This document shows positions 44,809 through 53,382 of a DNA stretch of 57,949 nt, in pieces. Where the stretch lies: IMG/VR virus record IMGVR_UViG_3300045391_002368, positions 1 through 57,949 of that record. One strand, 5' to 3'. Source of the stretch: a virus. The position numbers and the translations under genes were made by a program. The notes beneath the pieces are model-generated. The model did not search any database, was not told the DNA's origin, and worked only from the letters and a program-made list of their open reading frames with translations. Each line of letters starts with the position of its first letter. The first letter of the stretch is position 1.

Positions 44809-45027
44809 TTACTGTCCCTTACCCATGAACAAGTGATAGATAATGCCGCACAGAGAACTGACCCCTGTGATGGCAATGGTTACACCAACTCGGAGATATC
44901 CCCGAATCCATTCGATATTAGTCTCAGCCTTCGAGATACGCTCTAGATGGCTGTCCAGTTTCTCTTCGAGAGAGTCGAGCCGACGGTCTAGGTGCTCTCT
45001 CAGGTCTCCGATATCCATCTCACCCAT
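44809..45027 (-). CDS. XhlA-like coiled-coil protein with a C-terminal TM helix.
   Basis: MGEMDIGDLREHLDRRLDSLEEKLDSHLERISKAE...VGVTIAITGVSSLCGIIYHLF. The start overlaps the upstream stop. Confidence 0.4.
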   Translation of the reverse strand: MGEMDIGDLREHLDRRLDSLEEKLDSHLERISKAETNIEWIRGYLRVGVTIAITGVSSLCGIIYHLFMGKGQ

Positions 45028-45922
45028 CTCCGAGGATAATGCGAGCAACGAAGAGCAGATCACCTCCGGAATGGGAGTAGGTGTTCTCCGGTTCTCCACA
45101 GGGCTGTAGTCCAGTATCGCCGTCTGAACGCTGTGTCCTCCAGTGCTCACACCAGTCCTGGGCCGCAGTCGGTAGACGTCCGGCAGGCCAGACGCTGAGG
45201 AGGAGGTTGGTGGCTTCTGTCTGATCTCCATCCGTATAGCGATGGATAAGTGCATGGATCAGTGGGTTACCCTGCATGTGGCTACGGATCTGGCGGAGGG
45301 TCTCTAGCTCGTAGTCGGTGATACTGCCGGCCATCTTCCCACGCATCCAGATATGGAGCATGGTGAGGTGGGACACATACCCAGGCTCTGAGCTGTATAC
45401 GGCGGGGATTAGGCGCTCGGGGTGCTTCTCTCCACCGAGGTGGTCTATGATCTGGGCCAGCAGGGAGATGAGGTTCGGGGTGAGGATAGTACGGGTATCC
45501 GGCTGCTTCCTCTCCACTCCCATTACCCAGGCGTGCGCCGTGCCGTAGTCCCAGATACCCTCAGCCCAGTCGAGCTTGCGGAACTCTAGGATGTAGGCGA
45601 AGAGGCCCACGAACATGTCCCGACTGATATCGGAACTGCAGAACTGGGCATAATCAGGTCCGGGGAGTCGGTGCCAGCGACCTGGCTCAGATTGAGCTAG
45701 ATCTACCGGCCCCTCCTCCCTCAACCCAATGTGCTGGAGTGATACGAATAGCAAAGCGTCGCAGCTCCACTCCGCATCCCAGCCTCTCGGTGCTAGTTGC
45801 TTATACTCATCATAGCGCTGTTGCAGTGTCTCTGGATTCGGGGTCTTCGTTTCCACGTCCCCATTCCGACTGCACGCACACAGCAGAATTCCCAGTAACA
45901 GGTATGCCAGTTTCTTACACAT
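45020..45922 (-). CDS. Lipoprotein (about 300 aa, helical) of unknown function.
   Basis: MCKKLAYLLLGILLCAC carries a lipobox-like signal. An alternative upstream ATG lies at 45952. Confidence 0.55.
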   Translation of the reverse strand: MCKKLAYLLLGILLCACSRNGDVETKTPNPETLQQRYDEYKQLAPRGWDAEWSCDALLFVSLQHIGLREEGPVDLAQSEPGRWHRLPGPDYAQFCSSDISRDMFVGLFAYILEFRKLDWAEGIWDYGTAHAWVMGVERKQPDTRTILTPNLISLLAQIIDHLGGEKHPERLIPAVYSSEPGYVSHLTMLHIWMRGKMAGSITDYELETLRQIRSHMQGNPLIHALIHRYTDGDQTEATNLLLSVWPAGRLPTAAQDWCEHWRTQRSDGDTGLQPCGEPENTYSHSGGDLLFVARIILGDG

Positions 45923-45936
45923 TTTCCAGAGAGCCT

Positions 45937-47226
45937 CTAGGCAATCAGCCATGTCAGCACCATGCCCTTATCGAACCCCTTAGTTCCGCTGTTCGTCCAT
46001 GTACTACCGCCAGCTGTCTTGCGAAAGTCGACATATGTGTTAGTTGAATTGACAAAAGCAAGCGCCGTATCTACGGCAATTGCGCCGTTATCTGTAGGCC
46101 TTGTTGTAATTAGATCCTGTTCAGATGTAATACTTGGGCGTATGGAACTGGGAATAGTAAGTCGGATTACCGTATTATTGCTTGTTGCAGTAAATGCAGG
46201 AACGTGCAGAATTACTACGTTGCCTACCCTCGTGAATTTTGCCGTGCCGGATGGGTTTGAGCTGAATCCGGTCAGCTGTGTCGAAAGGTCGATAGTTCCT
46301 TCTTCGTAGTGATTCAGCTGGGTGGCAGTGCCGCCTGTGGACGGGAGGTATACCCCCGTACCTACATAGAGCTTCTTGGCGATACCGACACCGCCAGATA
46401 TAATCACGGTTCCAGTGGTTGACGAGGAAGCATCTGTAGTGCCACTGAAGGTCTGATCGGCGGAGAATGTCTGAGCGGTACCTAGGAGAGCAAGGGTGCC
46501 GCTAGCATTCGGGACTGTCAGGGTACGGGTTGTGCCCGTAGTGATGCCAGACAACTGGAACTGGAGCTGCTTGGTAGCATCTCCGTCATCCTGGAGCGTG
46601 AATGCATTATCGGCGAAGGTAGCCTGGGTGCTGAGGAGGACTGTTCCGCTGGAGTCTGGCAGAGTGTAGGTGCGGGTAGTGCCAGTGGTGATCCCGGATA
46701 GCTGAAACTTCGCCTGCTTAGTCGTGTCCCCATCATCCTGGAGGGTGAAGAGCGTATCCTTGAGGGTGACAGTGTTAGTGTTATCGAGAGTTTTACTCGT
46801 TAGGGACTGACTGACTCCCGTGCCTACGATTGTTGTACTGGCATCGGGAAGGGTATAGGTTCTGGTTGTTCCAGTAGAAATGCTGCTAGCCTGGAATTGT
46901 GCTTGCTTAGTAACGTCAGCATCATCCTGGATAGTGAACGAGGCATCCTTGACAGTCACCGTGTTGGTATTCGAGAGCGTACTGCTGGAGATAGTAGCTC
47001 CCGACACCGTCGGAGATCCAGAAATGGTGGGGGATGTCAGGGTCTTATTAGTGAGAGTATCCGTCGATGTGCGAGAGACTAGAACCGAGGCAGCGTCTTC
47101 TGCTGGAGTCTGGATGTCTCTCGATGCCGTATAGGTGACTGACTGATTCGGGCGGAGAGTAACCGCCTGCGAGTCCTTGCGGAACACGGCCGCTACAAGC
47201 TCAGTGATCGAACCGAATAACTTCAT
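45937..47226 (-). CDS. Tail fibre with three tandem ~45-aa repeats and a low-GC C-terminal domain.
   Basis: The motif F(T)(I/L)QDD(A/G)DxTKQxxFQxSxIxTGTTRT(Y/L)T occurs three times. Confidence 0.75.
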   Translation of the reverse strand: MKLFGSITELVAAVFRKDSQAVTLRPNQSVTYTASRDIQTPAEDAASVLVSRTSTDTLTNKTLTSPTISGSPTVSGATISSSTLSNTNTVTVKDASFTIQDDADVTKQAQFQASSISTGTTRTYTLPDASTTIVGTGVSQSLTSKTLDNTNTVTLKDTLFTLQDDGDTTKQAKFQLSGITTGTTRTYTLPDSSGTVLLSTQATFADNAFTLQDDGDATKQLQFQLSGITTGTTRTLTVPNASGTLALLGTAQTFSADQTFSGTTDASSSTTGTVIISGGVGIAKKLYVGTGVYLPSTGGTATQLNHYEEGTIDLSTQLTGFSSNPSGTAKFTRVGNVVILHVPAFTATSNNTVIRLTIPSSIRPSITSEQDLITTRPTDNGAIAVDTALAFVNSTNTYVDFRKTAGGSTWTNSGTKGFDKGMVLTWLIA

Positions 47227-47268
47227 TCCGTATCCCCCTCATACCGGTTGTAATCCCGGTGACATGCT

Positions 47269-47327
47269 ATATAGTGGGTACTTAGGCACCACTATATCAT
47301 TGTACCTCACCACTATAGTGAGTATTA
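47269..47327. promoter_or_regulatory. CCACTATA(T/G) repeat set, comprising one inverted copy and two direct copies 21 nt apart. On the minus strand a T7-promoter-like string, TAATACTCACTATAG, overlaps the set.
   Basis: atatagtgg (47269-47277), ccactatat (47289-47297) and ccactatag (47310-47318). The T7-like string is the reverse complement of 47313-47327. Confidence 0.4.
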
Positions 47328-49826
47328 CTTCCTCACCACCACTTTCCAGCCGGATCCCGACGGGGCCTGACTGGATGTGAGAGAGACTGCATTAGCAGAC
47401 GTCCTCGTAATAGAGTCTACCATGATTTCGTCACCACTGTCTATATCATAGATATTCACAGAAATGTCAGTAGTTCCAAGGGAGTGAGTGATGCTCTTGG
47501 TAGTACCATTCCCGGTGGTCCAGGTCGCAGTAATATTGTAAGCATCCACTACCGTCTGAGCAGCGGACGTGAAGTCCGATACCTGGGAAGCAGTAATCGA
47601 GATGGACGTACTGGCTGCGGCCGAGAGCCGGCCCTTACTATCCACCGTGAAGGTAGCTACCTGGGAGGCACTCCCGTAGCTGGCTGCCGATACCCCGGTA
47701 GTCTTGAGGTCCGCCGTGATAGTGTTAGCACCATCATTGTACGTGAAGTCGATCTCGGCAGTATCAGTGAGGATCCCACCCACTGCATCCTGAGCTGCCT
47801 CATTGAAGTCGCTGACACCACTACTAGTAATCGAGATTGAGGTATTCGAGGCAGAGGTCAGACGACCCTGCTGGTCGACTGTGAAGACCCCCACCTGAGT
47901 AGCAGAGCCGTAGGTACCTGGGCCGACTGCGGTGTCTGCGAGCGTAACTGTCGGATTACCCGCCACTCCGTTCGCATTGGATACCGAGATTCCTGTACCC
48001 GCTGCAATGGACCTACCCGTGAAGGTGTCCGAGGCAGTGAGGGTCATCAACCCGAGAGTGCCGTAGGAGGCCAGGGCCGTGAGAGTAGCGTCGAGAGGTT
48101 GCTTCCCGTCGAGCTGGGACTGTATGCTCGAAGTTACCCCGGAGACATGTCCCAGTTCTGTCGTTGTCACTGACGAGGTAGTGACTACTCCGGAGTTGTC
48201 GCTGACAAGCGCCTTCCCCGTAGTGAGGGTAGCCATCTTCGAGAAGTCGATGGCAGCCGACGCATTGATATCTCCGTTCATCAGCGATCCTGTCAGATCG
48301 AGCTGAGAGTACGGAATGTCTGCGGGAAGGTCGGAAACTACAATGGAACGGAAGGAGGGCTGAGCAGACCCCCCACTTGTGGGGCCTGCCCAGAACTGAT
48401 TGGCGGACTGATTGACCTTCGTGACCGTGATGGTGCCCGAGGTCGTGATGGGGTTACCCGAGACCGAGAACTCGGCAGGGGTTGCTAGATCGACGGAGGT
48501 AACAGAACCGGTACCTACAGCTGCCCAGGAGACGTTAGTTCCGTCAGTCTGGAGAACCCGACCGACATTCGAGGCCTGCGAGGGTAGTAGGTTGTTGCGG
48601 GCATCCTGTGCAGTAGCCGCCCCCGTACCGCCACGACTGATGGACAGTGTGGCTTCGGAACTGAGTAGTCCCGATCCATCATTGATGAGGACATGGTCTG
48701 GGGTTCCGGTGGAGATCTTCGAGCGGGTGATCGAGGCAGAGGCGGAGATATCTGCATCGACAATAGAGCCCGTCAGAGAGAGCTTACTGTAGGCGATGGC
48801 GGCAGAGGCATTGATGTCTGCGTTCGTGATAGAGTCGACTAGGTCCAGGGAGGTAGCATCGACATTCGAGATAGTATTGAACTGGCCGTCGATCGTCTTA
48901 TTGGTGAGGGTCTGTGAACCGCTCTGTGTGACTAGAACGCCACTACTTGGAAAGGTAACTCCCGACATATCGGAGCCAGCACCACCCCGGCTCTTCGAGA
49001 GGTACGGCTCTTCCACCATTACGCCGGAAGCATTATTCACTACCACATAGTTGGCAGTACCATCCGCAAGCTTACTGCGAGCTATCTGTGCTGCAACGTA
49101 GACATCGGAATTCGTTACCGAGTTACTGAGTACCAGCTTATTGTAGGTGATGCCTGCCGACGCAGAGACATCCGCATTCACCAGACTGGCGGTGAGGTTC
49201 AGTTTCGAGTAGGCGATAGCGGCTGTGGGGGAGATACTGATATTGGCGATATTCGTCAGTGTATTGAGAGACGAATCGATAGTCTTATTGGTGAGAGTCT
49301 CCGACCCGGCTAGTGTGGCGAGGGTGCCAGTGGGGGGCAGTGTGAGGGCCGTAGTTCCGGAGAGGGTCCAGGCTAGACTGCCACCAGTCTGGGAGTAGTT
49401 ACCCCCGAGAACGAGGGTCCTATCGGACCCGTCTAGATCTATGGATAGGGTGCGGTTGGCCGTGGTATCTACGGAACCAGAGAGGTCAGACTTGTATCGG
49501 ATGTTCAGATACTTCGTCCCGCCACTTGCCTGATCGAGCAGTGACAGAGGCGAGGCCATGGACACAGAGTCTGCATATAGAGCAATGGAATCGAGAAGAT
49601 GCGAAGCAGTACCAACACTGACAGTTCCGCCATCGGCTGATCCGCCTAGGTCTGCAGATTCCGGCTCGATGAGGATATCAGTCTTCGATCGTATTTCGAG
49701 GGTGTTTGTCGAATCTACGAGGAAGGTGCCACCGAGGGCATCGATTCGCTGGAGGTTGTATCTAGCATCCGCCGTGAGGTTCGAGTTCAGGCGAAGCTTG
49801 AGATTGCGAGATAATTCAGTAGCCAC
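47325..49826 (-). CDS. Long tail fibre (833 aa) with IxxSKL-type and GSAxQV...TVDxxGR repeats.
   Basis: AIAYSKLNLT / AIAYSKLSLT / ITRSKIS repeats, and YGSATQVGVFTVDQQGRLTSA / YGSASQVATFTVDSKGRLSAA. GTG start. Confidence 0.75.
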   Translation of the reverse strand: MATELSRNLKLRLNSNLTADARYNLQRIDALGGTFLVDSTNTLEIRSKTDILIEPESADLGGSADGGTVSVGTASHLLDSIALYADSVSMASPLSLLDQASGGTKYLNIRYKSDLSGSVDTTANRTLSIDLDGSDRTLVLGGNYSQTGGSLAWTLSGTTALTLPPTGTLATLAGSETLTNKTIDSSLNTLTNIANISISPTAAIAYSKLNLTASLVNADVSASAGITYNKLVLSNSVTNSDVYVAAQIARSKLADGTANYVVVNNASGVMVEEPYLSKSRGGAGSDMSGVTFPSSGVLVTQSGSQTLTNKTIDGQFNTISNVDATSLDLVDSITNADINASAAIAYSKLSLTGSIVDADISASASITRSKISTGTPDHVLINDGSGLLSSEATLSISRGGTGAATAQDARNNLLPSQASNVGRVLQTDGTNVSWAAVGTGSVTSVDLATPAEFSVSGNPITTSGTITVTKVNQSANQFWAGPTSGGSAQPSFRSIVVSDLPADIPYSQLDLTGSLMNGDINASAAIDFSKMATLTTGKALVSDNSGVVTTSSVTTTELGHVSGVTSSIQSQLDGKQPLDATLTALASYGTLGLMTLTASDTFTGRSIAAGTGISVSNANGVAGNPTVTLADTAVGPGTYGSATQVGVFTVDQQGRLTSASNTSISITSSGVSDFNEAAQDAVGGILTDTAEIDFTYNDGANTITADLKTTGVSAASYGSASQVATFTVDSKGRLSAAASTSISITASQVSDFTSAAQTVVDAYNITATWTTGNGTTKSITHSLGTTDISVNIYDIDSGDEIMVDSITRTSANAVSLTSSQAPSGSGWKVVVRK

Positions 49827-49852
49827 CTGTTTAGTCCTTCGATGAGGTCCCG

Positions 49853-49882
49853 CCGGAACCCGGATGCTGTCTCCGGGTCCGG
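49853..49882 (-). terminator. GC-rich hairpin after 49904..50458, without a U-tract.
   Basis: ccggaacccgga-7 nt-tccgggtccgg, with one bulged base. Confidence 0.25.
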
Positions 49883-49903
49883 CTCGGGCGGTGGTAGATT
49901 AAC

Positions 49904-50458
49904 TTACGAAGCGGCTCGGTAGACAACGTACTGGAGCACGTGGTCCGTCGACGGATCGGCACTCATCGTAACGGCGATAGCGTCGGTACCAGCTGCAGCA
50001 GCGACGACAGAGACTGGCGTACCGCCAGCCGTCTGGACCGTAACAGCGACAATGTCAGTGCCGAGAGCTCCCGGAACCGAGATGCTCTCCGATGCATCAC
50101 CACCGACCGTGGTGAATGTGCCAGCAAACTTCACGACGTGCGACGGAGCAACACCACTGGCAAGCTTCGCCAGGGTCACCGCACCGGAAGCCAGACCGGC
50201 TGCAGCGAGTGCCGCATAGCTAACCGTGGACGCTCCGGCGACGAGCGGAAGGCCCGACGTGCCCTTGGCCAGACGAGTTGCATCACCGGAAGCGTTGCCC
50301 ACGATGATGTCGCCCTGCGTGGTGATAACCGTGTCCGGAGACAGGGAATCCACGTAGTCCTTCACCGAGGCTAGAAGCTTGCGCTCACGCTGGTTGAAAC
50401 GGAAAGCTGGATAGGAACCGGCCCGTGCGGCTTCGGTTGACAGGGAAGGATTCGACAT
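49904..50458 (-). CDS. Capsid decoration or head-fibre-like protein.
   Basis: Contains TTQGDIIVGNASGDATRLAKGTSGLPLV, a motif common in fibre N-terminal regions. It lies directly after the capsid gene. Confidence 0.45.
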   Translation of the reverse strand: MSNPSLSTEAARAGSYPAFRFNQRERKLLASVKDYVDSLSPDTVITTQGDIIVGNASGDATRLAKGTSGLPLVAGASTVSYAALAAAGLASGAVTLAKLASGVAPSHVVKFAGTFTTVGGDASESISVPGALGTDIVAVTVQTAGGTPVSVVAAAAGTDAIAVTMSADPSTDHVLQYVVYRAAS

Positions 50459-50675
50459 GCTATATACCTTTCGTTCGATTTCGCCATCTAGTTGTGAGAC
50501 ACAACAAGGGGTGGCTTAGGCCCACAGTTAGGAACTAGCCCCCGGCCACAAGGCCGGGAGCGACGGAGATTGCTCTCCGAGGAATGGAGCGGTAGCCCGC
50601 CAACCTCACCACTGTACGCCCGGGTTTCGCCTTGGAGGCTACCGTCTGGTAGGTGACACCAGCATGGACTACGAA
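50459..50675 (-). other. Structured 217-nt intergenic region downstream of the capsid gene.
   Basis: cccggcc-acaa-ggccggg (50541-50558), cggaga-ttgc-tctccg (50564-50579), and a long-range ggtagcc/ggctacc pair (50591-50597 with 50637-50643). Confidence 0.45.
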
Positions 50676-52055
50676 TTAGCTATTAGTGAAGTTCTCGACC
50701 ACAGCGATGGCTGCCGGGTGCTTGCACACGATCACGCCGATTGCCTGCAGGTAGCTGACAACCGTGTTCACGTAGCCGCCCGAGCTCGCCGGCTTCAGGT
50801 GGAAGTCACCCATGCCTTGCGCCTTGACGGTCTCGAAGTCCGAACCGTGGAATTCGAGAACCTTCTCGCCAGCCTTCGTTTCCGGAAGGATGTAGAGACG
50901 CTTCGGCGGAACGTATTCCGACGTGTAGCATTCGAGGGTGTCATTGCCATGGACGTAGGCGAAGACCTTCACACCACGCTTGTTGTCTTCGACAGTCTGG
51001 AAACGGCGATCCGTTTCACGGCTCTCGATGAGCGAAGCCTGGGTTTCCGGCGCCATGGTCATCATCTTCCAGGAGTAGCGATCCTGGCCAACGTTGACCT
51101 TCACCTGATCCATTGCCTTCTGGATGTACTTGACATCGATCGGGTTCGCACCAGCGTCCGTACGGCTGCCCGAGAGAGCACCAGTCATCGTGATACCGTG
51201 GACCACACGGCTGTCGCCAGCGGCCAGGGATTCGAGGCCGGCCATGACTTCCGTCGCCGTACCGTAGTCCGAGATCGAGCCCAGGTTCGGGATCGTCGGT
51301 TGGCCATAGCGGTAGAACACGTCGCCCGCAGTCGGCTGGACCGAGATCGAGCTCATCGTGCCGGCAGAGGCCAGCGAGCTATTGAGACCCTGGAGGGTGA
51401 CCGTACCCGCACTGCGGTCCTTCGCAGTGACCATCCAGTAGGCCGGCTCGGTACCGAGGTTGGTATCGAGAGCCGACGTGCCGCCGGCAGTCGCCTTGAG
51501 GACCAGGATGTCGCCGTATTCGAACATGCCGACATGGCCACGAGCCGAGTTCGAGGTGGACAGAGTGAACACCAGAGTGTCACTCGCCGGGCTGGTGACA
51601 GCTGCCGAGGCAACCGTACCGACCACGCCTGTTCCGTCTCCGTAGAGGTCGGCAGCGATACGGCGCTTGCTGGCGCTCGCCTTGCTGTCGATTTCGAGAG
51701 CGAGCGGCTCGGCATACTTCTCCGGGCTCTTGCGAGCACGGTCCCAGAGGTTGTATTCGAGTTCGATCGTGGCATTGATTTCCTTGAACTTCGCCGTGTA
51801 CTCACTGACAGTCGCCTGGCGAGCATCCGGAAAGCTGCGGCCCGAGGTGCCAGGGTCACGGTACTGGATGGCCGACGGGCCGAACGAGCGCTGGAGCATG
51901 AAGCGCAGCTCACGAGCGACCGAGCTGGAGACCTTCGCCCGCTTGATCATCTCGAAGTCACGGAAATCCTGGGAGATCTGGTTCCGAACGCCGTTCGAGA
52001 ACACGATCTGGAGGAGGTTGCCTAAGTTTAGATTGTCGATATTGTTAAATGTCAT
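50676..52055 (-). CDS. Major capsid protein.
   Basis: 459-aa ORF immediately after the scaffold gene. It has strongly biased codon use, with no TTA, CTA or TCA codons, which leaves the antisense frame open for 453 codons. Confidence 0.7.
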   Translation of the reverse strand: MTFNNIDNLNLGNLLQIVFSNGVRNQISQDFRDFEMIKRAKVSSSVARELRFMLQRSFGPSAIQYRDPGTSGRSFPDARQATVSEYTAKFKEINATIELEYNLWDRARKSPEKYAEPLALEIDSKASASKRRIAADLYGDGTGVVGTVASAAVTSPASDTLVFTLSTSNSARGHVGMFEYGDILVLKATAGGTSALDTNLGTEPAYWMVTAKDRSAGTVTLQGLNSSLASAGTMSSISVQPTAGDVFYRYGQPTIPNLGSISDYGTATEVMAGLESLAAGDSRVVHGITMTGALSGSRTDAGANPIDVKYIQKAMDQVKVNVGQDRYSWKMMTMAPETQASLIESRETDRRFQTVEDNKRGVKVFAYVHGNDTLECYTSEYVPPKRLYILPETKAGEKVLEFHGSDFETVKAQGMGDFHLKPASSGGYVNTVVSYLQAIGVIVCKHPAAIAVVENFTNS

Positions 52056-52081
52056 CGCCTACTTACCTTGTGGTTGTTGTG

Positions 52082-53215
52082 TCACTTGTTGAAGAGAGAA
52101 CCGTACTTCTTCCAGTTAGAGAGGAGGCCGGTCAGGTTGCGACCGTCGATGAGGTCACGAGCTTCCTTCGCTGCACCACCACTCTGCTTATATCCACTCC
52201 GAACCTGTGCCTGAGCATTCTCTGTGGCTTCCTGCTTCTTCTGATCGATGGCCTTACTAGCCTTCTTCTCAGCTTGAGAGCCGATGCGCTTACGGATTGC
52301 GCTAGCCACTGCACGGAATTCCCGTTCGATTAGCTCGGGTGAGATCGGGAGACCCTTCTCCTCATATGGCTCTAGTCGTCTGAGGGCGGAGTTCCAGAGC
52401 ATCTCATCGAACATGTGCTCGTCATTAGAATCACCCAGCTTGTCAGCGAAGCGATACCGATCGAACACAGGATGGAGCTTGCTCTCCAGACTACGGAGGT
52501 CAGCTGTGTCTTTCTCTTCCGAGATCTTCTTACGGAACTCCTCATTCTCCTTGCGGATCTGAGCAGTTTCCCTGCGAAGTTGTTCAGCTGCCTCTTTTGC
52601 ACGGAATGCCTCTAGTTGTTCCGGAGTGGCGTCTTCGAGGAAACGAGCTCTCTCGATAGCCTTCTTTTCCCACTCCTTATGAGCACCCGGCTTACCCTCT
52701 AGCAGATCGATTACACCCGCAATCCCTTGCTTCTGATAGGCGGATTCCAGGACGTTCCAGTTCTTCTGGAGTTCTTCCTTTTCTCCCGCCACCTTGGCAA
52801 CTTCTGTACGGGCCGAGTCTCGCTCTGCCTGCCATTTCCGAGCACCATGCGCCATCTGGACATACTTGCGCAACTGGTCTCGGTTATTCCAGTCGACTTC
52901 TACCTTCCGACGTCCCTTCTCATCCGATACAGTGATTACTTCCTTCTGGGCAGATGTCTTCTGGGGTTTGCCTGACTCTGCCTTGGCCTCGGCAGTGTCT
53001 TCTCCAGATGAGTCTGCGGGAGTGTCCTCACCGTCATCTCTGGGCAGGAGATCCTCCGTAGTGGACTCCTGGGACTGTACGGATTCCGCACCGTCGTCGA
53101 CTCGGGCTGTGCCGCCCACTCCAGCCGTAGCTGGTCCATCACTACTTCCGCTAGCGTTCGACAGAAACTCTGCAACCAACTGCGTAGAACTCTTCGGGGT
53201 ATCTGACATATACAC
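52082..53215 (-). CDS. Scaffolding protein.
   Basis: 377 aa, highly charged, with helical and coiled-coil character. It lies between the portal and capsid genes. Confidence 0.6.
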   Translation of the reverse strand: MYMSDTPKSSTQLVAEFLSNASGSSDGPATAGVGGTARVDDGAESVQSQESTTEDLLPRDDGEDTPADSSGEDTAEAKAESGKPQKTSAQKEVITVSDEKGRRKVEVDWNNRDQLRKYVQMAHGARKWQAERDSARTEVAKVAGEKEELQKNWNVLESAYQKQGIAGVIDLLEGKPGAHKEWEKKAIERARFLEDATPEQLEAFRAKEAAEQLRRETAQIRKENEEFRKKISEEKDTADLRSLESKLHPVFDRYRFADKLGDSNDEHMFDEMLWNSALRRLEPYEEKGLPISPELIEREFRAVASAIRKRIGSQAEKKASKAIDQKKQEATENAQAQVRSGYKQSGGAAKEARDLIDGRNLTGLLSNWKKYGSLFNK

Positions 53216-53319
53216 TCACTCCGTATCGCCGTTCCGATCTGTGTCGGAATAGGCACACTCCCGCCCGGCCTAGTCTGGCACTATGCTCGGATATAGGTGG
53301 GAAGGATAGATAGAATGAG

Positions 53320-53360
53320 TCTATATTACGAAACTACCACAGTCAAGCATTATTGTCAAT
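53320..53360 (-). promoter_or_regulatory. AT-rich patch with tandem TTGACA/TTGACT boxes and a TATAGA element upstream of the scaffold-capsid genes.
   Basis: On the minus strand: ...GCATTGACAATAATGCTTGACTgtggtagtttcgtaaTATAGA. The spacing is suboptimal (15 nt, or 17 nt to TAGTTT). Confidence 0.3.
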
Positions 53361-53367
53361 GCTTTTT
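53345..53367 (+). terminator. Plus-strand hairpin followed by a T5 run (aagcatt-attgtc-aatgcttttt).
   Basis: 7-bp stem followed by TTTTT. It would act on antisense transcription. Confidence 0.3.
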
Positions 53368-53382
53368 ACATCGGGATTGCAA

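Noticed and set aside
46483-46974. Tail-fibre nucleotide repeats as a DGR template/variable-repeat pair or a CRISPR-like array.
   Set aside because: The repeats are in-frame protein repeats within one gene. The differences between copies are not adenine-specific. There is no reverse transcriptase ORF and there are no spacer-like unique segments.
47261-47273. Treating every 13-nt exact repeat in the genome as significant.
   Set aside because: In a ~58-kb genome, roughly N^2/(2 x 4^13), or about 25, chance 13-mer pairs are expected. I reported only repeats that are local (within ~100 bp) or that coincide with gene ends or ghost fragments. The 47261/50454 pair is flagged as weak.
47313-47327. 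The T7-promoter-like TAATACTCACTATAG taken as evidence for a phage single-subunit RNA polymerase system.
   Set aside because: No ORF in the closed genome carries T7-type RNAP motifs. I checked the 1103-aa, 834-aa and 1732-aa proteins for R-x3-K-x7-YG and HDSFG-type motifs and found none. The string occurs only once. I kept it as a local repeat/operator observation only.
50664-52025. 453-aa plus-strand ORF covering almost the whole major capsid gene in antisense.
   Set aside because: Its composition (rich in R, D, E, V, L and A) is typical of a shadow frame. It stays open because the capsid gene uses no TTA, CTA or TCA codons, reflecting strong codon bias. It has no RBS and no independent motif.
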